Positions 38,857-50,800 of a stretch of DNA of 64,000 nucleotides are shown here, piece after piece (position 1 is the stretch's first letter; every line of letters starts with the position of its first letter). The stretch lies in IMG/VR virus record IMGVR_UViG_3300045988_057942; one strand, given 5' to 3'. This DNA comes from a virus. Below the pieces are notes generated by a model that did no database searches, had not been told where the DNA came from, and saw only the letters and a program-made list of their open reading frames with translations. A program made the translations under genes and the position numbers.

Positions 38857-41800
38857 ATGAGTTGTGGAAATATTAAACTTGTAGGATATAATAATCTTAA
38901 TAATGTTATTATTAAAGAACATGGTTCTAATAATGCAGATTATTATAGTCTTATAGCTATGGTTGAAGACCCAATCTTTAAGAAGATTGTAGCTGATAAA
39001 GGTATTAATGTTAAAACTTCTGGAAGACAAGCTTATAATGCTCTTCTTGAAGCTAGAGCTATTAAACTCCGTAATATGGATGATATAGCTTCTGTTGCTG
39101 AAAAAGAAGAACGTGGTTTGTTTAGTACAATTAAAGCTAGAGATACAGCTATTACTTATATGGCTGATATTATGAATAAACTTAGTTTTAATTTTCTATA
39201 TAATGGTGCTCCATTAAATTTTAATGAAATTAAAAAACGTACTAATGAAACTGTTATTAATGCTGGACTTAAACGTGCTAAGAAATTAGCTGGAAGTGAT
39301 GAAACTAGAAATAATGAACTTAATAGTTTTATTAATAATCCAAATCCTGCTATTAAAATTAACGGTCTTGGTGCATTTCTTCGTAAATACGGTAATGCTC
39401 AAGATTTTAATTATGGGGCATTACTGCGTTCTCTAACTAATACTGAATTTAATGAAGCTCTTTTTAATAATAAGAATGTTGCTAAACTTATTAAAAGAGA
39501 TGAATTATATCAAACTACTGATTATGAAGAATTAGGCGGATATCTTGATGAAACTTTTACTGAAGGTGATGAAAATAGTATAGATGATGGTATTGATTTA
39601 ATGACTCAACTTTGGAATTTAAGTATTGGTGAAGTTAAAGATTTTAATAAACACGTAGAAGAAATTATTAAATATCATCTTGCAAGTTTACCTAAACTTA
39701 CTGCTGCTTCTCAACTTGATAATGGAAGTTATCCTTTTGATACTAATAATGAATTAGGAGTTGTTACTTTTTCTGATGCTAATTATTTATCTAAAATATT
39801 ATATGCTAGTGCTGATACTAGTAATGTAGATAATTTTATAGCTAGTCTTAAACGTATATCTGAAACTATTCCAAATTGTGAATGTTTAATTCAATTACAT
39901 GATTTACTTAGCAAAAATAAAGTATTTGCTAATAAGTATATGATGGTATTTAATAAACCTATTATATCTAAAATTGAAACTTATATTCAAACTGATTCTA
40001 ATGGTAATAGTTATGTTCGTGCTCGTGTAACTAATCCTAATACTGATTCTCGTACTATTTTACAGAATACTTTTTATAATAATGTTAAAAATAATATTAT
40101 TACTAATCGTGTTCCTAGTGCTCGTGAAAAGTTTCGTATATATGATAGATATAAAAATACTCCTCATGCTAATCTTTATTTATATGATGCTTTTAAAGAA
40201 ATATTTCCAGATATTAATCAAGCTAGTTTTAATTTAGCTATTGCTAAAATTGGACGTATTGCTATGGCTAATAATCTTATTAACTTTGCTAATGTTATTA
40301 ATCGTACAGTTGAAAATTATAATAAATATGTAGAAGCACTTAAAAAGGATAAAAGAACTAAAATGCCTGATAGTTTTATTAATAGAGGTGATACTTCTAT
40401 TATATATCAAATGGCTGATGTTTTTAAAGATATTATTTATATTCCTGTTGAACTTAATTCTCGTAATCCTGAAGGTAATTTAAGTTCTGATGTTATTAAT
40501 AGAAGTTTTATTACTAATATTGCTAAAATTATTAATGATGATAAATCTACTGTTGAAGAGCAAAATGCTATGGTTGAAGCTTATGCTAAACAAAAGTTTG
40601 CTAGTCATCAATATGATTATAGTAATTTACTTCTTGAACATAGAGATAGTAATGGTAATATAATTAATTATGGATTATTTAGAAGAGTTGGAAATGGAAC
40701 TCCTAAACTTACCGAATATGCTCGTAGTATGTTTAAAACTTCTCTTCTTAATGGTATTAGCGAATTAGATAATAACAATAATGACTTATATCGTAGTATG
40801 AGTGATGGTGATTATTTAATTACTGCTATGGGATTATTTATGACTGATATTAATAATTCTGAAACTCCTACTGCTAATTATTTACTTCCCATACCTAGTG
40901 ATGCTCCTAAAAACTTTACTATTACTGCTCCTAGATATAGTCTTGCTGGATTACGTAGTCAACTAGAAGATGGAACTAAAATTATAAATAGAGAACATCC
41001 ATTATTTAAACAGTATTATAATATAGTTATTCAAGAACTTACTAATATGGCTCAAGCTGTTAATGTAATGTTTAAAACTAATGCTAATGGTAATCCTATT
41101 TTAACTAATGGAGATTTTGAATTTAGTGATACTTATAATAATAAACCTGAACATTTTTATAATCAATACCATAAAGATGGAAAAGATAATGTATTTACTA
41201 CTAAAGATGGACATAAAGTTTTAGCTGGTAGAGTATTTAGTTTTAAACGTTTAGCTAGTAAAATTACTCCTAATAGTAATGGAGCATTTAATGAACTAAT
41301 TGGGTATGGTAAGACTATTGACATCCTCTACGGGGGGTCTACACGTGGACTTAGCTATGTTAATAATCAAGTAGTTCTTAATGCAGAACAACGTATTGCT
41401 CTTGAAGATGCTGTTGCTGATTGGTTAAATGAATATATAACTAATGGTTATAAAGAACTTAAAAATAAATATGGTACATTTATTGATGATAGGATTAATA
41501 ATGAATCTTTAGCTGAGTTTCTTGTTAATGACTATCTTGTTAGAGATAGTATGTACGATATGTATGGCGGCGACCAAAGTTTTTATAAAAATGGTCAAGC
41601 TATTCTAAAACGTATTAAAGAAGTACAAGCTAGTGGTAATCCTTTTGGTAATACAGACTTTACTAAAAATGATTTAGATATAGCTACTAATTTATATGAT
41701 GTAACAATTAATGGTAATGCTATTACTGTCCCTTATACAGTTAATGGAGTTGTTAAACGTAAAAAAGTAGTTCTACAAGATAAATTTAGAGGTGTTACTA

Positions 41801-44800
41801 TTTATAATACTTTTAAATCTTCTGATAAAGTTGTTATTGATAGACTTGATGACCAACTTAAAAAAGCTGGACTTGATAAAAAAGACAGAGAACGAATATT
41901 AGAACCATTTAAAGGAGGAGTTAATGCTAATGATGCTCAATCTTATATTACTCTTGAAGAATGGATTCGTCGTATTACTGCTGCTGGTGAATTAGATAAA
42001 TATGCTGGACTTATTCAAAGTCTTACAGATGACACTCCTATTGATAAAATTGATTGGAATAAATTTGCTAATAAAGTTCAAATTCAAAAGAATTTCTATT
42101 ATGATTTATATTATGATACTACTGTTGGTATTGAAGTTCCTAGACAAGTAAAGAATGCTGAGTTTGTTCTTATTCCTAAACTTATTAAAGGAACAGAACT
42201 TGAAAAAGTTTATAATATAATGACTAATAGAGGTATTCATCAGCTTAATACTGTTGAAACTGTTAAAGTTGCACAACATAACAGAATGACACTTTGGAAT
42301 AACGATGGGGTTCTAACTGATAAAGCTCTTAAAGAATTTGATGATAATGTATTTGATAATTCTGAATTGTTTAGTTATAATTATCTTTATCGTCAACAAG
42401 AAGTTCCTCAGCATATGGTTGATGCTAGTAATAAAGCTGCTATTCAGATTATGAAAAAAATGCTTGATAATCTTCCTAATAAACCTGAACTTAATGACCT
42501 TAAAAATAAAGTATTTAATAATTATGTAGCTAATATTAGAAATAGTTTTGAAAAAACTTGTGCTGAACTTGGTATTGGATTAGATGATAATGGTCATATT
42601 GATTTAAATTCTAATGGTACTATTAAAAATCTTAATCGTTTTGTATTTTTTGATAGATTTAAAGAAAATGCTCAACAACAAGGAGTTGAGAAAGCTTTTC
42701 TTGAATTTTTTGATTTAGATAGTGCTGGATTTAATAATCTTCCTTTATTCTTATCTAATATTAATAGTAAACTAGAAAGTATTGCTAATAGTTATTTTAA
42801 TACTAATATTACTAGACAACTTATTAGTGGTTGGCACGCTGCTCAGTTATCTGATTTTGGATTTAAAGTTGATAAACAAACTCAAACAGATAGTAAACTT
42901 CAATATAAGAAAATTGGAGAAGTTGATGGCACTCCTGTTTATTATACTGAAATTAAACTTCCTAGATGGAGTAGTAAACTTAAAGGATTAAATATTGAAC
43001 AAGTTCCTGATAGCTTACGTACTATGATTGGTTATCGTATTCCTACTGAAGGTAAGCAATCTATATGTATTATGTATGTTAAAGAGTTTCTTCCTGATGC
43101 TTATGGTAGTACTGTTGTTGTTCCTGATGAATGGGTTACTCAAACTGGTTCTGACTTTGACGTTGATAGTGTTTATGGTATGTCTAAAACATTTAATCTT
43201 GTTAAAGGTGTTCCAACTGAAATTACTCATGCTAGATATACTAAAGATGAAGTAGGATATATTAATTATGTTAAAGATAATGTAGATAAAGCTAGTCGTA
43301 AGATTCTTGGTAAGACTTATAATAAACAAGGTAATATTAGAGCTTCTTTAAAAAATAGTGAAGATGCTATTAATGCTACTCTTGAAGGTTATAATGGCAA
43401 TCTTAAAGTTGTTGAAAAAATTGCTAATGATGGTGGACTTAAGTCTTACGAATCATACTTGAAACTCCCCGTGGAGGATACAAGTAGTCAAGCTGCTAGA
43501 ACTAATGCTATTATTCAATCATTTATTGATATACTTAATAATCCTGCTGCATTTGAAGAAAATACTACTACTTCTAATTTTGAAAATGTCAAAGAAGCTA
43601 ATGAAACTTATGCAGAAATAGTTGGCGCTAATAAAACAACTGTTGCTCCTAGTGATTTCTTTACTCAACTTGATTGGTTTGATGCTGCTACTTCTGGTAT
43701 TAAACTTAAAGGTATCAGTGTTAATAGAGATACTTTTATGAGTATTGGAAATGTTACTAAAGCTAATCATAGCGAAGGTATTAAAGTTATGTACACTACT
43801 GATGTGATTAGTGAGCAAGAAGCTGTTAATAGATATGGTAAAGAAAATGTTGAAACTATTGGTAATAAACATATTCGTATTACTCATAAGAATTTTGGTT
43901 GGTCTGGAGATGATAAGAATGTTGATGGTTATTTGATTAATCCTTATAGTTCTCAGACTACTGCTCATATTCTTGATGTTATGAAAGAGGGAGCTATACA
44001 TAATGAAAATACTTATACATTTAATGCTTTCAAAACTATTGTTGACTTTGGAAGTAATTATGATACTGCTATTGGATTTATGTGGCAACCTGCTATTGAT
44101 ATATTAGTTCGTAAATGGAAAGAAACTAATAGTGTTCTTGCAGAAGGTACTAAAAATCCGCTTACTGAAGCTATTAGAGAAGTTGCTCATAATCTTGGTT
44201 TTGGTGAAAAAGTTAATTTTGCTGGACGTAAAAAGCTAATTGATATTATTAATGAAAGTTATGGTGAAACTTTCAAGAAATTATTCAATTTAAGCGTTTC
44301 TGAGGCATTTTCATCACCCAACCTTATATTTTCATCAGACGCATATAAATCTCGTCTTAGAGGGGAAATGAATGGGGTTCAGCAGGCTTTATTTGACCTT
44401 TATGTTCTAGCACAATTCAATCGGTTAAACTCAATCGGACAGGATATAAGTAATAATCTTAATATTCTTAGTGCTGATAAATATGGTGCTAAACAAAGTT
44501 TTTATGCTAGTGATAAAGTATTTAGAGATGCTAGAACTGTTATTGAAAATAGTAATATTTATGCTCCATCCTCTACGGGGGGTCAAACCTTGTTGTTAGA
44601 GAGTGTATTTCCTGATATTAGTGGTGGTATAGATGCGTTTATTAAATCAGATATATCTAAAAGTAGTTATCCTAGTTTAGCTGCATTTTTACAAATGAGT
44701 ACTGCTCTTAGTGTTAAAGCTACTCAACAAGTATTTGAAACTGCTAATCCTGTATTTATTGATTATGTATATAGAATAGCGGAATGGACTAAAGGTGGAA

Positions 44801-47800
44801 TAATGACTGAAAAGTTATATAATGACTATAAAGATTATCTTATTAATAAACTAGAAGTAGGTAATAATGGTAGTTCTTATCTTAATTTACCTGTTACTGT
44901 TGTTAATGGAGATTTTGTTCATCCTAAATATATTAAAGAATATGGTACTGGACAATCTAGAGCTTTAGAAGTTGGTAGAGTTAGTGGTACATTAGTTAAT
45001 ATTAAAACTGATGATGTTGTAGTTAAAAATATATTTGAACCTACACAAACTGAAATTGATGTATTTGCTAGACTTACACCTGCTCAAAAAGTTGATTGGA
45101 TTAAACGTAATTTTAGTCAAGACGGTAGTATATTTGCACATATTGAAATAGTTGCTAATGATGAAAGAAATAATCGTCGTAATGTAAATATTCAATATAT
45201 TAATTATATACAAGGTGATATTACTAATGATGAAGCCCATAGATTGTTTGATAGAGCTTGGAATCATCCTAATCCTCTTATTAAACTTGCAGCTCTTGAT
45301 TTAGTTAAATATGCTTTTATTGTTGAAGGTCATAAATTTAGAACTAGAAATATTAGTAGACTTATAAGTAATACTCCCCTTAGAGGATTGAGCGATAATG
45401 GAATAGCTATTGGAGATATAGCTATGAAAGGCATTAATAACTATGGTTTTATTGATAAAGATAATGTTGAAGATATAATTGGTTTTATTCGTAAAAATTA
45501 TAATAGTTTTAATTGTCCTAGTTATACATTTAAAAGACTTACTAATAATAAAATTAATTATAGTCTAAAAAGAAGTGGTATTATTACTTTTAATGGTCAA
45601 GAAAATCTTGATAATGTAGGAATAATAAGAAATGGAGATGCTGTTAATGTTATTAGAATTAATAAAAATTTATATATTAAAGGAACTTATGATGGAACTT
45701 TAGCTTATTATCCTATTGATAGACTTGAATCATTTGAAACTTATAATAGTATTGAGCCTAGTATTATAGCTAATAATAATATTCATAAACCGTTAGCTGT
45801 TCTTCTTTATGAAGGTCTTACTCAACAAGAAAAACGAGATAAATTTATTGATGGTATTAAAGACAATATTAATGAAGCTATAAATAAAGGTTATAAAGAA
45901 GTTCCTGAACTATATGGTAAATATATATCTGATGAGTATTTCCAACCTTTTATGAATACTCCTTTTGAGAATAATACTATATATACTATTAATGATAAAT
46001 TTTATCTTAACATTAATGGAACTACTGCTATTAATTTAAGCGATGATTTACAGCAATATAAAGCTAAATATCCTAATATTGAAGATAGTAAACTTGGATT
46101 ATTTATTGAAATTAATGAAAATGAAATAGATAGAGTTACAAGTAATACTGATAGATATAGTAGTGTTGATGACCAAACTCCTATTGGTAGATTTGCTAAA
46201 AATGCAAGTTTAATTATTTCAAGAGCTGTTCGTCATGGTCAACCTGCTGCTCAAAATGTATTAAACGCTCTTAATAATGCTGAAATTAATTATCTTGATA
46301 GTAGTAGTCTTTCTGATAATTCTGAATTTTCATTATCAGTTATAGCTAATTATATAGATGTTGAAGCTAATAATATTCTTAATGATATTAATCGTTTTAT
46401 TAAAATTGATGGTATCGATAAACCTATTAACGATAAAGATGTTATTGGTAAAGTTCTTAAAGATGAACAACTTCAAAATCGTTTCTTAGATGTTATTCTT
46501 AGTGCTAATACATTTAAGAATAAATACAAACTTATTAGCGAAATTGATATTGATAGTACAAATCTTGATGATAAAACTAAAGAGAATATTAGAAAGATTC
46601 AGAAACTAGTTAATCAAGTTGATTCTAATACTACTGTACATTCTGCTAGAAAAGATTGGTTTGAAAGATGGATTCAATTACGCACTACTAATCCTAATTA
46701 TATAAGTGGTCTTATGAAAGAATTTGATGCTTATGGTGATACTGGATTTATGGATTATTGGATACAAGATATTCGTGCTAATCGTAACTTTGTATTGCAG
46801 AATATACTTAAAGATGTAATGGGTACTGTTGAAGAAGGTCGTCTTAACGGTATTAAAGAAGCTAATGACTTTAGAAATTATCTTAAAGAACTTAAATCTA
46901 GAGCTACTAAAGATGGTAAATCTGTTAGTCTTGATAGTATAATTGATGATGATGGTAGATTAATTCAACCTAATAATCCTATTTGGGAAGAAAAGATAAA
47001 GAAATATAGAGATGCTGCTATTGAAGCTGAACAAAAATTTGGTATAAATAGTGTTGAACATCTTATTGCTTTATCTAATAAAGCTAAATTTATTGATATG
47101 ACTACTATTCATCAGCTTAAACCAATCACTGTTCAAGATGAAGATGGCAATGATGTTACTATTGAATATTCTACTTATATTATAAATCTTGAAAGAAGTT
47201 TATTAGGTCTTAAAAAAGGAGATGATGGTATTCCTAAAGAATTTGCTGAATATAAAAGACTTAATGGTAGAATACGAGATATTCTAAGCCAAGCTACTGA
47301 TAATGTTACTACACAAAGTCAAGATGAAGAACTTGGACGTATCTATGCTCAAATGGATAGCCTTACTAGTCTTTATGATGAAGATGGTAATAAAAAGATT
47401 GGTCATGATTTAAATGTAGCTGAAAGACTTCGTGCTTATCAAACTAATATTCGTAAAGTAAAAGAAATGTTCTATGATAAGCAAGCTAAAGAAGGATTTG
47501 ATTCTAAACTTAAAGAACAACTTTCTATTATTAGTAAATATGAAAGTCAACGTGATGCTAATGGTAATCTTCTTATTAGTATGGAAGAACTTATGAAAGT
47601 TCCTGAATATCGTGAAGCTAAAGAATGGATTCGTAAGAATACTAGATATATTCTTGATATTAAAGATATAGAAGATTTAAATTGGGCATTTGAAGAACTT
47701 AAAGACGCTAATAAAGGTAATAGTGTTCTTAATCTTGCTATTAGAGAATTTCAAGCTAAAGATGAATTTAACGTAGTTGATGGACGTAAAATACCGGAAG

Positions 47801-50800
47801 AACGTGCCGCTCTCATAAAAGCTGAAACAGTTAGAAAATATAAATATACTAAAGGTAATGGTATACCTTATGTTGGTATTATTCGTTCTGCTGAAGATGA
47901 ATTAAGAATTTATCGTGCTGATTTCTATAATTATCTTACAGGTAATAAATCTAAGAGCGAAGAAGAAATTAATGTAGGAGAAGCTATTAATAAAATACTT
48001 GAAAAATATTTTGATAATGCTACTAGAACTCTTAATACTGCTGATATTAGTCAAGAAGATTTAGAACAACTCAAGACTGGTTTTGAAGTATTTAATGAAA
48101 TTACTAGAGGAGAAAAGAGTGTTGATAAAGCTAAAGCAAAACGTGTTGCTGAATTTATTGAAAGTGAATGTGATGTTACTTATAATTGGAAGCAATATGA
48201 ACTTGATAAAAATAGAGCTTTTGCTAAAGGTAAAAAGTATTATGATAAATGGCTAGAAGTATTTAGTGAACAAGTTGAAGAAAATGGAACTATTGCAGAA
48301 AGACCTAATCGAACTATTTATGGTATTATTAAACCTAAAGATTTAGATAAATGGACTGATATTGATAAAACTGCTGCAATTAATATTCTTCAAAAAAGAA
48401 CTAGAGAAACTACTACTCAATATTATTATATAAAAGAAAAAGAAGTTCTTGATAAATATGGTATTGATAGTCCAGAATATAAACAATGGTATAGAGATAA
48501 TCATTATTTTGACCCATATACTCGTACTATTAAACCTATTCGTATTTGGACTACTATGCAAATGATTAAAGATGATGGTTCAGCTGTTGTTGGTAATTAT
48601 GAACCACGTATTAATCAAATGCATATTACTCCTAAAGAAGAACTTATTAATCCAGAATATAGTAGTTTTGTTAATAAGTATAAAGTAGGAACAGGATATG
48701 ATAATCCTAATTATACTAATCTTAATGAGTATCAACTTGAACTTATGAATAAAGTAAATGAACTTATGAAAAAGTATTGTTTTACTAATAGTAATAAGCG
48801 ATATGTTGATATGGGTTATCTTCCAGCTTTGCCTAAATCTAAAGATATGACTGTTAAAGATTATTTTGAACAAGCTCTTAGTTTTCTTGGTTGGACAGCC
48901 AATGTTCCTAATAATACTAGTTGGAGAAATAATGAAGATTTAACTTTTGATAAAGATTATGATATTCCTAATCCTAGATTAGTTCAGTTAGTTAATAAAG
49001 ATACTCAACAGTTGCCTACTATACCTAAATTTAAAGAGCCTAATGAAAGTGATGAAGAATTTAGTAAACGTAAAGCTGCTGCAATTAAAGCTAGAGATGA
49101 AATTATTGAAAAGAATAATAAAATTCATAATGATATTCTTAATCGTAATTGGGAAGAAGTATTTAATAGTTTCTTAATTGAAAGTAATAGATATAATGCT
49201 ATTAAAACAGTTAAAAATCTTCTTTATACTGCTGACCAAATTATTACTAGTAATACTGCTTACGATATAAATTATAAAGGTAGTATAAGTGAAAATAGAG
49301 AAGCTAGTGCTGGTGGTGAAATTGAATATAAACAAGAAAAACAAACTAGAACTAGTGAACATCTTAGAAGTTTTATTCGTCGTCTTGTATTTGAACAATA
49401 TAAAGATAATAAAATTCCTAATCTAGTTAAACTTGGTTCTCTTGCTCAAAACATTGCTGGTAGTAAATATATGATGATGAACATTACTGGTGGTATTGCT
49501 AACGTTCTTACTGGTTCTAGTAATATATTTATGGAACGAGCTGCTGGTGAATATATTAATCTTAAAGATTGGGAAGCTGGTAAATCTGAATGGATTAAAG
49601 GAACTGTTAGTTATATGGCTAATATGTATAGTGAAAATAGTAGTACTCTTCAAGATGCGATTATTAAACTTAGTCATGTAGTTGATTTTGATAGAGTAAC
49701 TGAAGTTAGTACTGCTGAAGGTCTTAAAGAAAATATTCGTAGAGTTCGTGGATTACTATTTAGTCCTCAATCTGTTGGTGAACATTATATGCAAAATGTT
49801 ATGCTATTTGCTATGCTTAAATCTCATAGACTTGTTGATAATGGTAGAGGTGGTTATGATATAATGAGTAAAGAAATGTATCATCGTAAAGCTGAACAAG
49901 ATGCTCTTATGTCTGTAATAAATACTCCCCGTGGAGGAGAGAACCAAGCTCTACTTGAACAATTCAATAAGTTCATGGATGAAGCTAAAGCTGATAATAA
50001 AAAACGAGCTAAATATAATCTATTTAAAGCTAATCCTATATTTGATTTTGTTAAGACTTATCTTAATGAAGAACAACAAAGAGAATATATAGCTAAACGT
50101 AAAGAACTTATTAAGAATATTGATAAAGAGTTTGCTAAACTTCCAGATATTTATAATCAGTTTGAACTTAAAGATGGAATTGCTCAAATAAAATCTGATA
50201 GTAAACTTACTCTTAAAGAATATGCTAAATTTATTGATAAAGTTCGTGAAGTAAATAAGAAAGTTCATGGTGTTTATGATAAACTTGGTTCTGCTAATAT
50301 AGAACAACATTGGTGGGGTGGTACGGTTATGCAATATCATAAACATCTTTATCCTGGTTTTAAGAAACGTTATCGTTGGAACGGTTATTATAATGAAACT
50401 CTAGGTACTATTGAAAAAGGTAGTTATACTAGTCTTTATGATTATTTGACTATTCCATTTAAAGAAACTAACGTAGGAGAAATTAATAATGTAAGTGATG
50501 TTCTTAAAGCATTCCAAACTTATGGTAAGAATTTACTTTCATTTGCTGTTAATTTCAAACTTAATTATGAACTTCTTCCTGAACATGAAAAAGCAAATAT
50601 TAGACGTAATTTAGGTGATTTACTTTATGTAGGTGCTGCTATTATTGGAGCAATTGCTATAACTGGTATTGGAGGTGATGACGATGAAAGTATTATGTAT
50701 AATCTTATGCTTTATCATGCTGACCGTCTTGCTTCTGAAGCTGCATCATTTACTCCATTTGGAGCTTATGCTGAAGGTAAAAAGCTATGGTCTAGTCCTG

